Numbered from the stretch's first letter, positions 39,231 through 53,195 are shown. The stretch: 64,000 nt of DNA from Octopus bimaculoides (GCF_001194135.2 NC_068992.1:47570733-47634732); one strand, 5' to 3'. A program made the numbers and translations. Notes: generated from the letters alone by a model not told the origin.

Positions 39231-39695
39231 TTATCAGGTTACATGTAACACGAAGACATGGAGAGAACACTGAAGGTAAGGTACATAAGTAATATAATAT
39301 GAAAATACACACATACACATACACACACATTTGTCTGTGTATGTGAAAATGCTATATATNNNNNNNNNNNNNNNNNNNNNNNNNNNNNNNNNNNNNNNNN
39401 NNNNNNNNNNNNNNNNNNNNNNNNNNNNNNNNNNNNNNNNNNNNNNNNNNNNNNNNNNNNNNNNNNNNNNNNNNNNNNNNNNNNNNNNNNNNNNNNNNNN
39501 NNNNNNNNNNNNNNNNNNNNNNNNNNNNNNNNNNNNNNNNNNNNNNNNNNNNNNNNATATATAGATATATATATATACGTATATATGCATATATATGTGT
39601 ATATAAATATGTATGAATATATATGTATATATATACACATATATACACGCACACACACATATATACATATATATATACACACACACACATACACA

Positions 39696-39763
<68 letters not shown>

Positions 39764-40332
39764 CCTCAGACACATATACAGACACATACATATATATACC
39801 TCTAAACATACACATACCTACTCATAAACACAATCACAAACACATAAACTCTCTCTCACACACACACACACTGTATCTCAAACAAAGCCATAGTAATATA
39901 CACACATTACAGCAATGATTGACTAATCCTGCTGGCATGAAAAGTAGCAGCCCCCTTGTACCCTCCCCTACCAAAAAAAAGAACCCCATGGGAAAAACTA
40001 AAACAAGGGTAAAGATTAAAGAAGTGTTGCTAATCAGACAAGATAACCCTCATCCCATGAAAAAATCATTATAAGAAATGTAACAGCATATATGAAAACG
40101 AAGTCAGTGGGAGGTTTTGAATCTAGCAGATAAATGAAACCCTCATTCTAAACAAATCTCTTCGCTCTCTTTAAAATGTCTGCTATAAGACTGTGAGAAA
40201 TCTCTCTCATTCACACAAGAATCACTTAGTCAAACGAGTAAATCACTTTCTTTCTTAATAGCATGCCTACTTCTTTTATTTTTTTAATTCAAAAACAGGT
40301 GCATAAGGATCTCTAAACTCTCTTTCTCTCTC

Positions 40333-40363
<31 letters not shown>

Positions 40364-40494
40364 GTGGGTGTGTGTGTATGTATATATGTATATATATATA
40401 TATATATCTACATACACATATATCCCTCTCTCTCTCTTTTGGAGAGGCACAAGCACATACACAGACATATACACACACGGCAGTAACTTCCGCC

Positions 40495-40712
40495 TACCAA
40501 ATCTGACTGGCTTTCGTGCTGGTGGCACGTAAAAGCACCCACTACACTCTCAGAGTGGTTAGCATTAGGAAGGGCATCCAGCTGTAGAAACTCTGCCAAA
40601 TCAGATTGGAGCCTGGTGTAGCCATCTGGTTTCACCAGTCCTCAGTCAAATCGTCCAACCGATGCTAGCATGGAAAGTGGACATTAAACGATGATAATGA
40701 TGATGATGATAA
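40495..40712 (+). mobile_element. SINE/LINE 3' end with RTE-type (GAT)n tail
   Basis: gtggcacgtaaaagcaccc...aggaagggcatccagctgtagaaac...gcatggaaagtggacattaaacgatgataatgatgatgat. Confidence 0.75.
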
Positions 40713-40806
40713 TATATATATATATATATATATATACNNNNNNNNNNGTCCAACCGATGCTAGCATGGAAAGTGGACATTAAACGATGATAATGATGATG
40801 ATGATA

Positions 40807-40840
<34 letters not shown>

Positions 40841-40899
40841 ACACATACACACATGCATATATCTATAGAATCTTCTGACAGCATTCTAAAAGCAACCGT

Positions 40900-41180
40900 A
40901 TTTCCTTCAACAAACACACACCACTTAAAATCACTGACCAAATATACCAGTGACAGACCTTCTGCATAACCGTTCTCATCTGTTTTCATGCCTCTTCTGT
41001 CTCTTCTGCTAATCTGACACATCTCTTCCACCTGTCTTCTACACATTCCTATCTGTCTTTCAACATCAAGGCTCTTCCCTAACTGTTTTGCTGTGTAATT
41101 TTTCTCCTGATCATCACTCAATCTTTGATATGTCCTGGAGACATTGACTAAACATAAATTACATTGATCTCACAAGGGCA
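40900..41180 (-). mobile_element. Possible highly decayed LINE (RTE-like) C-terminal fragment
   Basis: Purine-rich minus strand with fragmentary similarity to RTE C-termini; frames broken. Confidence 0.25.
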
Positions 41181-42326
41181 CTGTCCCTTCTTCCAAACTA
41201 AACCATAAACTAATTGTAGCAGTCAATATCTGTCATTCAAAACTTCTGATTATCTTTACAATATATATATAGCTGTATATTCTAAATTTGGGGATAATAA
41301 GGGACAGAACAATCCTGGCTAGAATAGCAGTCAAACAAGTATGTCTTTTCTTAGAAATCGAACCTTTCTCTAGAATTGAGTGGAATTTATGATTGATGCA
41401 TAAAACAACAACAATTAGAGTTTGCGATATTAGCGATGACCTGCAATAATGAATTAATAAAACTTGTAAAATAAGATAGTTCATGTGTTATGAGATGAGT
41501 GGAGTGCTGTGATTTTGAGCAGTAGAACTCATCATCAAACATATTTAATAAATGTTATTATGGTCAAGTAAATTTCCCCTTGTTTCTTAGCTTCTTACTG
41601 ATACATGTTGATGTAAAGGAAAAATGTCTCTCTCTATATATATTCAAACTATTGAATATAAGAGCAAAATTTCTTTCAACAAAACCATCTTTTGTCTGTC
41701 AAATGAAGGACATCATTAACCAGTGAAAGAGCTTGTATATAATTAGCCAACTCATTCAATGTAGCAGTGCAACTTCCCTTGACCACTTTCTTTCAAACAG
41801 TGGGCCACGTGTACTTTCTAAGATCTAAATTGCAGGCTATGATAACATACAATTAAGATATGATGGTCAGAGCTAAAAGCACAGATAAAATGGCTTTATT
41901 GTTTCAATCAGTTACCTACATAGTATTGTTTGCACTGCTCAAGTGGAGTTGACCAAAGTTATACAACAATAATAAGACAGACAACACATCATTGGAAATC
42001 ATTGTTAATAACAACACATCACCACAAGGTAATATCATTAGAAGAAATAAAGGTGAGAAGAGGGGTCAGAGATCAGGTATTGTAGACAAAGGACATTAAA
42101 CCAGGTAACCTACACAACAGAAGCTGTATTAATATCAGATACACGCATTCAAGAAAAGCAAATGATCAGTCTTCAAGCCCATAATAAAAATGATGATGAT
42201 GATGAATATGGTGATGACAACAACAACAACAGCCACCAACACCACCACAACAACAACAACCCCTTGTAAAAAATAACCCTTACAAAAAAATTGTTGACTA
42301 GAAATAGAAGCAACTTATCAATAGCA

Positions 42327-42376
<50 letters not shown>

Positions 42377-43040
42377 CAAAAACAACAACATTTACAACAA
42401 CAACAACAACATAAAAAAGTAAACAGAAAATACTAAGTGACCAGAACAAGATAGAAAATTAGAATATTTAGGAAATGTAACATTAAGTGGAGGATGAAGA
42501 AAAAAAATAAACATTTCTCTAGAAATAACAGGAACATACATAGAGGTAGTTAGGAACAAATGAAGCAGACAGCAAACAACACAGACAAATGAAAATGAGG
42601 AGAGAAAAAATTGCACAAAAATCGAATACAATTCGCAATTAGATTAGTATTAAGTATTGACCTTAATGCCAAGAACAAAACAATGATCATAAACACATTA
42701 GTTGTCCTATTAATCAATTATAGTTCTAGCATAATAAGTTGGAAATTAAATAAACTAAAACAAAGTAGACAGGAAAACAATGTAAATTATAATATTCAGA
42801 AAGAACCAGCCAAATATTCAATAAAGACAAAATAACAATTGAATGAGGATGATTTATCTAATACGAAAAATACTATATAATACCTACAGTAAGAACACAA
42901 TAAAAGTCAGTATTTTATAAGCTAGTCATGCAACATGAGAGAGCAAAAAATAAAATCTATTCTGTATAGATTACAAAGGAAGTAGATATGATGATATAAG
43001 AACTGGGATTACATACACATATATGCACACACACACACAA

Positions 43041-43071
<31 letters not shown>

Positions 43072-43178
43072 TACACACACATATATACATGCACATATAT
43101 ATACACACACACACATATATATATATATATACATATATATACATATATATATATACATATATACATATATATATATAC

Positions 43179-43235
<57 letters not shown>

Positions 43236-44153
43236 CTTCCACATGAAGATGGCCATATACAATGATAAAAGTAGGAGGAGGTAGAAGTAAAATTACTGCA
43301 TAAACTGAAATCTGTCTACCAGATGAACAGAAAAATGGTAAATCCTGTTGAAGACAATGTAACAGAGGGGAAACTAGCATGTACTCCCTCTCTGCAATCA
43401 CAAAACAGAAAAAAAAAAAAAAAATAGAGGAATAATTCTTCTCTCAAAGAAGAAAATGATAAATTCCTGAGAATTTCCTGGAAGTATTGAGTAATGTATC
43501 TAGATGGATGGGAAAAAATGTCTTGCAATTTTATTTTATTTCAGAGAACTTAGCTGCTATTTCTAAAGTTTTAGAGACCATGTATAGGTTCTTGGTCTTT
43601 GCTTGGGGAAGATTGATCTATCTGCTTCTTTCTGTATAAGTGTTGTATATAAATTTTTTAGTGTATATAAATTGATAACATTTTATCACCTTTTCAGACA
43701 GCAAGAAATAGCTGTCAAATCTCCCTCAAATCACACGCTATCATTTCAAGTAAGACAAGAACACATAAGATATTGCATGTATCCCTGGATACCCCATTGT
43801 AAAACAGAATGCTTTTAAACAAAGGTTTGCTGTGCTGGATCAGAGTTGACTGTGAGCTAAGTAACAGCAACAACTACAACAGCAATGAGATACACAAGGG
43901 AGCATTTGTTCAGTTAGTTGACTTGTTAGCAACAGCAATTGAATCTCACTTGAGTTGTACCCAACAGACTGTCTTAAAATGTAAAGGACACTTTAGTCTA
44001 TGTCATCCGTTTTAAAAAATTACCTGAAATAAATGATAAGATGGTCGTGACTGGAATGTCCTTGATGATATATCAGGCTGGTCAGAGAGATCTTGGATGC
44101 TAAACACCAGAGATCATTATACAAAATGAGATTAAGACCTGAACCTGTGCCAA

Positions 44154-44208
<55 letters not shown>

Positions 44209-44739
44209 GCACACAAATGTGTGTATGTGTGCATGTGTATAAACATCGTCTGAAAGTCTACTGACAGCACTTAGAGCAGGTAGATGTCTATGCATACTGT
44301 TTACAAAGAGGAGTACTTTGAGGGGATATCCAACAGTGAAAAGCTATGTTCACATTTTGGTGTGGAAGAGCATGTTAAAAAATGTATGCAGACATTATAA
44401 TTTCGATTGTCTTTATTTTTTCTATGCTCATAATAATTTAATATCAGCTTGGCAAGTCTTCACACACATCAGCAAATGTTTTGTTTACTGATTTCTATAG
44501 ACAAGAATAGTTGTCCCCGTCTAGCTCCAAAGGAATAAGCAGGGTGTACTACTGAGAGAGTGAAATTATACCAAAGCACTAATGGCGTCTGATAGTCTTC
44601 TAATGTCATTTGGAATAACAGTGGTACGTGCACATATCATCGATAAGGAGACGTCATTCTCCAAAATGAAATTCTACAGCAAAATATGTTTACATTTTTG
44701 CAGGTGTGCAAGAAAAAGGGGAAAAATACATGTACACAT

Positions 44740-44977
44740 TATCATCATGTTACCATCCACTTTTCCATGCTTGTATGGTCTGGCTGAAATTCATTGAGGC
44801 AGATTATCTACAGCCCCCTGATGTCCTTCTTATGGCCAACTCCCACCTGTTTCCAAATAAGGTAATATTTCTGCATTTTCAGATATGTTCGCATGAAACA
44901 TTGAAAATAAAGGATAGCACTTGCATGACATTGGTGTTCATTTACAACTATCATATGTTGCCAAGGTAAGGAGAAAC

Positions 44978-45072
<95 letters not shown>

Positions 45073-45190
45073 CAAATGATGAACTTCTTTCTATTTCCAT
45101 GAACAAAACCAACTCACAAGGCTTTGCCAGTAGGCACTTGCCCAAGGTGCCCAACAGTAGGATTGAACCTGAGACCATGTGGCCGGCATC
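44740..45190 (-). mobile_element. Family-B SINE composite with long (TG)n hinge and tail type 1
   Basis: Head/core 45075-45185; (CA)n 44980-45075; tail ...gataatctgcctcaatgaatt...agcatggaaaagtgg. Confidence 0.75.
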
Positions 45191-45229
45191 TACACATACA
45201 CACATGTGCACAGTTTCTTTGATATGGAA

Positions 45230-45385
45230 CCTAGTCCTAAGCTGGAACTTTAGTTTATCAATCCCTCAAGGTTGATAGACAAAGCTGACTTTAGCAAAAT
45301 TTGAACTCACTGTGTAAAAGGCTGTAACTTAATACAACACTTTGTCTGACACTAATGATTCTGCCAATCCACAGCCTTGCTCTAA
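45230..45385 (-). mobile_element. Partial family-A SINE
   Basis: gacaaagctgactttagcaaaatttgaactca. Confidence 0.55.
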
Positions 45386-45912
45386 TAATAATAATAATAA
45401 TAATTGGTACAAGAGCATAAATTCCAAGGAGGCAGTAGTAAAAACGAACCATTAGAATCTAAGTAACAGAATTCATAGAGCCCCAAGTAAAATTGCCTTA
45501 GGGTACTCAATTATATTCCCTTGTGATGGGAGTTCAAATCCCACTTGGGCTGGTCTTCATTTTCTTCATTCCGTGGTCAAAAAAATACGTAAGTTAAATT
45601 CTGAGGTTGATGAAATGAACTAACTCTCCCTCACAAAATTTAGTATCTTGTACCAATGTTAGGCACAATCATTACAATTATTCCTGATGGAGATCAGTGG
45701 AATAAGAGAAAAGAAGGAGCACCAAACAAAATTTTATTGTTTTGTTCTGACTCTATACATTCTCAGTATTCTGTGACTACCATTCCAAGGTTCAAAGAAT
45801 CAACGCCAGCATTGCACTGATTACTAATTTGATTCACCAATCCTCTTACATTTATTTATTTATTTATTATTATAATAAAGAATAAACTGTTATTATTATC
45901 ATTATTAAAAAA

Positions 45913-46128
45913 AGGAAGTGAGCTGGTACAATCATTAGCATGTCAGACAAAATACTGTGCAATATTTCTTCTGCTTTATGTTCTGAGTTCAAATTCTGCT
46001 GAGGTTGAGTTTGACTTTCTTCCTCCTTTCAGGGCTGATAAATTAAGTACCACCTGTGCAATAAGGTCAAGGTAATCAACTAGCCCACTCCTTCAAAATC
46101 TTAGGCCTTGTGGTGATAGGAGAAAGGC
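45913..46128 (+). mobile_element. Family-A SINE between (ATT)n tracts
   Basis: gtgagctgg...ttctgagttcaaattctgctgaggttgag...aaattaagtacc...ggccttgtg...gaaagg. Confidence 0.8.
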
Positions 46129-47224
46129 TTATTATTATCATTTCATGTGCACCATTGCTGAATTAACCATTAAGCAAAATAAGCACGTGCTTAGGGCATT
46201 AAGGGAAGAGTAGACATCACAGAAATGGTAAATGGTTTACAATACAAAAGAAATCACTTTAATATTTGGAATGCTTAATATCTACTAAGTACAGAAGTAA
46301 ATGTATTATGTAGGACTAATTTTGAGGGTCTGATCAAAGACTTAGCAATTTAAAAAAGTTGGAAACTTTTCAAATACAAATAAAGTGGAAGTATACAAAA
46401 AGAAGCATTATGTTCCATCTTAGTGTCAATTTTGTTTCATTTTGAAAAATAAAAATTTCTTTTATGGTTTATCATTGTTTATATTTTGAAATACATATAT
46501 GTGGGGGTACCAAAATCTTTCAAGTGCTTAGGGCCTCTATGGATCTTAATCTGGCCCTGATGTACACTTTATTCATAGAATGGAGGGTTATTCTTCTAGT
46601 ATGATTTTTTTCCCCATTTGAAAGTAAAAAAAAGAATTTAATGCAACAAATGAACTTTGCTTGCTGATAATATATTCAAACATGGAAACTAAGTCAAGAA
46701 CATCCCCCCACCCCAATATTTTAACAAAAAAGAAAAGAAACAAATACACAAGAATATAATTATATGTACTTTAAAAAATATACAGAAAATACAATTTTAA
46801 CAAGTAATTATATCTTTTAATTTAATTTTTCACACTATAACACACACACACACACACACACAAGCAAATATGTTAGCAAAAATTTTAATGGTGAAAACAC
46901 AACTCATTTGCCCATATTGCTAGTAATAAGGAAAGTTTAAATATGAATCAACTACCAGAGGAAGGATAGCATAGCAGAAATAAATTACCAAAGCAAATGC
47001 TTTCTTACCTGAAACTGTTTCCAAGTGCAAGAGGCAGGCAACTTACTTCTGCATTGTAAATAAAGAGGGGTTTGTCTATTCTTCTCAAAAGAAAATTTGA
47101 AGGAAACTCCCCAGCCAATGTGCGAAAAGATATGATTTTCATCAACTCAAGCAAAGCATATGGGAGTATTTCCTTTGTCTCCAAGATTAAAGGCATGGCA
47201 TTTTAACACACCTAGTTCACCTAG

Positions 47225-47279
47225 TTCGTGTACGACACACCTGCTGACAAGCTTGTACTACAATATATGGAGCAGAAAG
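47225..47279 (+). CDS. Candidate 55-nt exon (FVYDTPADKLVLQYMEQK)
   Basis: Acceptor ttcacctag, donor AAG|gtattg, open frame, retains CpGs; no homology recognised. Confidence 0.22.
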
Positions 47280-48393
47280 GTATTGGCAATGGTGCTGACC
47301 CTTGACTTATTGTCACCTTTGCAACACAATACAACAATATGGTGATTGCTATGGTAACTGACATGTGACAGAAAGAGTCCTGTATGAACATACAAGATTA
47401 ATGAGCCCCTAAAATCACAGGGCCTCTCTGAAGCTGAGCCCCATAATGGGTACAGAAGAAAATCATGTGACTAGTGGTACAAGACAGAAGACCTAGCTTC
47501 TACATATGTGATAGTAAGAAGTATTTAAGAGCTTACTGCTGTAAGAAGCTAGAGATGCAGGGTTGTGGGAGAGTGTAGGTCACAGCAGCAGAGCAAGCAA
47601 CAGCAGGCTCCAGAAATGGCTAGCTCTAGTTCTTGACCGCCACAAGTCACATTGCAAATTGGAGTTTCAAAGATGGTCAAAGTATGTGCTTTATCCTCAG
47701 AACCAGAAGCCAATGACAAAAAAGTGAATGAACAAGAATTTAAGGACTGTGAAATCAAATCCCACCACTCTTCCACTAGCACAAACCCTTCATATTTCTA
47801 CAATGGCAATAAAACAGAGACTGGAAATAGCTATCAAATAAAACTGGATAAAAAAAAAAGAAAAGAAAAAAGAAAGCAGAGCAGGAACAAGGAGCCCAAG
47901 CAAAGCATGCAGAACAAACAGGGAGACACACCTCATTCCCAGAAGAAAGCAAGACAAGAAGCCCACTTCTTCCTTTGAGTTAACAGTGTAAGGAACATCG
48001 AACAATGATCTGAAGGATTTCCTAAATGACACGCAGAAGGAGAATAGAACTGAGAAAGTGCTAGTTTGCAATGAGATGAAGGCAGAATATAATGAACACT
48101 CAAAGGATTGATTGTTGACAAAAACTACAGCAGCTCTTTATTGGTAGTGGTACCTGAATTATGTGGAAGATGTGGGCTTCTTCCTATCTACTCCAATACC
48201 TCAAATGTCCATGGACATATTTGAAACTAAAACATTCTGAGCATCATGACGTGTACATGGGAGTGCAAAATAGTTACAGTTGTAGCAGTGAGAGGCTCTA
48301 ATCTAACTTAGGTGGCAGTTTATCACCTGTGTGCCTATAGGTTGACCTTATTTTTTGTGTATGCATGTGTGTGTAGTTGACTATCCTATATAT

Positions 48394-48427
<34 letters not shown>

Positions 48428-48634
48428 TTGTTTCAAATTTCTTAATATGCTTTTATATAAACTGTATAATGTTCTTGCCTCACTTTTCATTTTTATATAA
48501 TGATGTTTCAACATCCCTTCATGTCCTTAGAACCTTTATATTAATTTTATATAGCCCTGCTGGCATAATAAAAGACAGCTGCTAGTATTGTTATTATTAT
48601 TATTATTATGATTATTATAATTATTATTATTAAA

Positions 48635-49147
48635 GGCGGTGGGCTGGCAGAATCGTTAGCACACCGGGTGACATGCTTAGCAGTATTTCATCTGCTGCTA
48701 TGTTCTGAGTTCAAATTCCACCAAGGTCGACTTTTTCCTTTCATCCTTTCGGGGTCGATAAGATAAGTACCAGTTGAGTACTGGAGTCGGTGTGATCAAC
48801 TGTCACCCTCCCCACAAAAAACCACGCCTTGTAGTAGAAAGAATTATCATTATCATTATTATTATTATTAAATCCTAAATAAAAAAACAAAAAGAATCCC
48901 CCCCAAAAAAAACAAATTATTATTATTATTATTAATAAGGAAGTGAGCTGGCAGAATTGCTTACATACCAGACTAAATGCTTAGTGGCATTTTCATCCAT
49001 CTTCACATTCTGGGATCAAATGCTGAGATCAACTTCGTCTTTCATGTTTACAGTGTTGATGAAATCAGTCCTAGTTGGGCAGGATTCAATGTATTTGACT
49101 GGACCCCTTTCCCAAAATTTCAGGTCTTGTACTTATCATAGAAAGGG
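48635..49147 (+). mobile_element. Two family-A SINEs (48635-48845, 48938-49147) in (ATT)n tracts
   Basis: ggcggtgggctggcagaatcgttagc...gtcgactttttcctttcatcctttcggggtcgataag. Confidence 0.85.
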
Positions 49148-49358
49148 TTATTATTATGCACATGTGTGCATGGAGCTATCTACATTATGTGCACTTTGCA
49201 TGAGAAAGCACTGAGATACATTCACTGAAATTTTGTTGATATTCCTAGTCAATTGATCATTCAGTGGATTTGCACTTTTGGAAACATGCAGAATAAGTAA
49301 AACCTTGCTTGGAAAACAAGTTACGGTTAGTGACAGGAAAAGCATCCATCTGACTTAA

Positions 49359-49579
49359 CCCTTTTGTTACCAACCCGGCTGAAACCTGCTCTGGCTCTGT
49401 AGTACAAATGTCTTGTTTCCATAAATTTTGAATTAAAATCTTCCACTAAACCTTAGTCACAATTTATGTTCCTAACACTAGCTTAATGATAACCAAGTTA
49501 TTTTACTAAATTCTCTGTTATATTTAAAATAACTGAAAGAAACACAGAGTATCTCAAAATAAATACGGTAACGAAAGGG
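49359..49579. mobile_element. 221-bp piggyBac-like MITE with TTAA target-site duplication
   Basis: TTAA(49355-58)-CCCTTTTGTTACC...GGTAACGAAAGGG-TTAA(49580-83); 13-bp TIR with 1 mismatch. Confidence 0.85.
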
Positions 49580-49703
49580 TTAACATAATATGTATTCATG
49601 TAACCAATGCTACCTTAGGAAAATGGATGTAGAAACTAATGGACAAACATCTGTACCGAAGCAAAAAATCAGTATTTGTGTAAACTTTATGATATATAAA
49701 TAA

Positions 49704-49704
<1 letters not shown>

Positions 49705-49737
<33 letters not shown>

Positions 49738-49778
49738 GCGTGTGTGTGTGTGTGTGCATGTGAATGTATATGTGCGGG

Positions 49779-49810
<32 letters not shown>

Positions 49811-49822
49811 TGCACACACACA

Positions 49823-49900
<78 letters not shown>
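49705..49900. repeat. (TG)n-(TA)n-(CA)n quasi-palindromic microsatellite
   Basis: Direct repeats of opposite polarity around an AT core. Confidence 0.9.
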
Positions 49901-49904
<4 letters not shown>

Positions 49905-50694
49905 TATATATATATATCTTTCTCTTTATAAAGTAGAATGTGTTATGCTTTGTTCAATAACTAATGTACTTATTATCTTTTCAGAAATCCCCAGTTATCT
50001 TTTCAAAAACCTACGCTGTGTAAGGTTTATTTGACTCATATCAGTGTACAGCAAGTAAAAGATTAACGTATACAATGAATTAAGGATTTGTTTTTACAGA
50101 TCAACACATGAATTTTATCATTTGAAGCATAGAAAAATACAGTCTCATTTTCAGAATAAGTAGGAAGCTATTGTTTTTTTTTATTCATATATTTATTTCA
50201 AAATTCTAACTATTGTTTCTTCAGCTTCATTCTCTCAAATGCCAATTAAGTTGTTTTTTTTTCTTTCTTGTTACTTTATGTTTTTTTACCTGATATTTAA
50301 TTTTAATTTTAATTTTATTATTATCATTATTATTATTATTATTATTGTTTTGTGTTTTCATGAGTAACAACAATTATCTATCATTTGTAAAGATTCATTT
50401 TTGCAGTCAGCATTCTCATTACGGAGCCAAATTCTTTTATTAATCTTAACAAGAATAACAGAATCACTTGAAATGCTGATTCTCTGTAGATGAAGCATGA
50501 TGGCATATACACCTAACAGTTGCACTACTAACACATGTTGATGAACATCTGTCAACTAGTTCTCAGCCTGTCATCATCATCATGCTTTCAAACATCAGTG
50601 AATTATACTAAATTCACTAATGCTAATCGACAGTAAATCCAATTCAAAGTACCTCAAACCGAATGATTTTAAGCCTTATAATCTTATAGGTTCC

Positions 50695-50830
50695 GGCATG
50701 GGGATGTGGTTAAGAAGTCCACTTTATAATCATGTGGTTTTAGGTTCAGTCACACTTTTCGGCTCCTTGGTCTCAAGCTGACAGAAGCCTTGTGAGTGGA
50801 TATAGCAGACAGAATCTAAAAGGACCCTGT
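50695..50830 (+). mobile_element. Family-B SINE head/core followed by TA/TG array
   Basis: gtggttaagaagt...catgtggttttaggttcagtc...gccttgtgagtggat. Confidence 0.65.
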
Positions 50831-50843
50831 TGTGTGGATATAT

Positions 50844-50909
<66 letters not shown>

Positions 50910-50953
50910 TGTATGTATGTGTGTGTATGAATATATGTGTGTATGTATATGTA

Positions 50954-51019
<66 letters not shown>

Positions 51020-51095
51020 TATGTGAAGCATTTTGTTGTTCAGCATGCTAATAATTCTGCCAAATCACTCTATTGATGATAATGATGATGATAAT

Positions 51096-51317
51096 GTTTT
51101 CAAATTTTGGCACAATGCCAGCAATTTCAGGGGAGAAGTAAGTCGATTATATTGACTTCAGTATATGACTGGTACTTATTCTATTGACTCTAAACGGATG
51201 AAAAGCAGAGTTAGCCACAGTGGAATTTGAACTCAGAACACAGAGATGGATGAAGTACTCCTAAACATCTTGCCCACCTTGCCTGGTGTGCTAATGATTC
51301 TTCCAGCTCACCACTTT
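51096..51317 (-). mobile_element. Family-A SINE
   Basis: caaattttggcacaatgccagcaatttc...ggatgaaaagcagagt...ggaatttgaactcagaac...ccagctcacc. Confidence 0.8.
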
Positions 51318-52158
51318 AAGAATAATAATAACAATAATAATAATAATAACAGCAGCAGCAGCAATGTCAGTTTAGGTTTTGAAAAAGAGTACATAAGACC
51401 TTTCATCTACTCCACCACTGCTACATTCTAGGACATTAATGTCTTATAGTTTAAATTTTTCTTTGAACACAAAATCATTTTCCTTACTTTCAACAGTCGG
51501 ATATTTTGAAAGTAAACCGTTTTGTTTTTAAGCTAAGCATTGACAAGCATTTGGACCTTGAAATGAGTAGCTTTTAAGGAAAGTGCTGAACATTTATACA
51601 TTTTAAATCCCTGTTAAGTCCCTGAATTTTAAGCTCCTATATTTTAAGCCTCAACACTTTAAGTTTTAAGTAAAAGATTGAAAATGTTATCAAGTTTTGA
51701 ACACCAAGATATTTAATGTTGTAAACATTCATATTTTAAGCTCAGTATATTTTTAGTTTTAAACAAAACAGTGAAGGTTTTGTCAGACCCTCAACACACA
51801 AACATTGTAAGTTGTAAATAGGTTGACATTGTCTTTTATCCTTCCGGGATTGACTGTAAAGTACAAATCAAGGAGTGAGATTGATAGAATTGACTAGACC
51901 CTCCTGAAGAATATATGGCTTTATGCTAATGTTAGAAACAACTGATATCAAGAGAGATTGTAAGTTTCAATAAGTTGGGGTTGTCATAAAAGGTTGAACA
52001 GCCATAGCACTTTCAGTGGAGAAGTTATAATAGAAAACAATTCTGTTAGATTAAAATTTAAGACATGAGAGAATAATATATTTGAATGTGGTAATTGAAA
52101 GGTTTTGCAGAATCTACCTGAAGCATAAACTGTCATGGTTCTTAGTCTTAATATTATT

Positions 52159-52570
52159 AAGTGGTAAGCTGGCAAAATTGTCTGAGCATTGCAATACAAG
52201 CTTTGAGGTATGTCTTCCAGTATTTTATGTCCTGAGATCAAATCCTGAGGTTAATTTTTTTTCTCATCCTATCAAAGTTGACGAAATAAATAACTAGTCA
52301 AGTACTGAGGTTGACGGTACTGACTAACCCCCACCCCCTCAAAAATTGCTCTCCTAGACTCAAACTTTAAAACCAGAGTACTAAACTGACAGAACTGTTA
52401 GTGATTCAGACAAAATGCTTAGCAGTATTTCTTTTGGAAGTTTATGTACCGAGTTCAAATTCTGCTGAAGAGTCAATAACATAAAATGCCAGTTAAGTAC
52501 TGGGGTTGATGTAATTGACTAACTCCTGCCCCCTAAGATTGTTGGCTTTGTGCAAAACTTTGAAAGTATA
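52159..52570 (+). mobile_element. Two tandem family-A SINEs
   Basis: gtaagctggcaaaa...caagtactgagg; gagttcaaattctgctgaag...aagtactggggttgatgtaattgact. Confidence 0.7.
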
Positions 52571-52639
52571 ATGATTATTATGATCATCATTATTCTTATC
52601 ATTATTATTATTATCATTATTATTATTATTATTATTATT

Positions 52640-53195
52640 GAGTGAGGGAGTAGTGCAAGCCATCAAAGTGACACTGGGGTAAAATATATGAAGCCCATTA
52701 TATCCATCATGACTACCCGTCTGATAAGGGTACACCAGGCACATGCATCACAAGCATATGTGCGCGACATGGTGATCTCATATCAAAATAAACAATGCAT
52801 GACCTTGCAGGTGGGTCCCAGTTAGAATTTTCTTCAGGTCGAGTTGCACATCCCGCTCAAAAGGTCCCTGAATAAGGTTTGTTTAATGATGTTGAGCAAA
52901 ATACTCATGTTTCCAAAGGTGAATTATTCAAACCCCAAAGAATTCCTCTGAACACATGGCTATGATGCTCCCCCAATACTTCTGATTATGATCAGACATG
53001 TACATATCGTCAGCCACCAAGGGACATGCTCAACTGGTTAAGGTCAAACAACTGACAAGCAAATCTGTGGTATTAAGCAGAATATTTGCTGTAGCCCATC
53101 TTTTTATACGAAGACAAAACAATGTACATGATAACACTTCCAATCAATTAAGATCAGAAACCATGAGAGCCACTGCCTGGTAGTGCATCCGGGCA
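52640..53195 (-). mobile_element. About 555-bp non-coding interspersed element embedded in (TTA)n on both sides
   Basis: Second partial copy at 24925-25070; no ORF; flanked by (TTA)n at 52575-52639 and 53196-53235. Confidence 0.7.

Noticed and set aside
40657-40830. Apparent tandem duplication of the SINE tail and (TA)n
   Set aside because: The duplicate straddles a 10-N gap; most likely an assembly overlap artefact.
44697-44969. Exon-like ORF (VQEKGEK...FPNK) with good splice sites
   Set aside because: Most of it is the antisense of family-B SINE tail 1, also present at 26820-27020.
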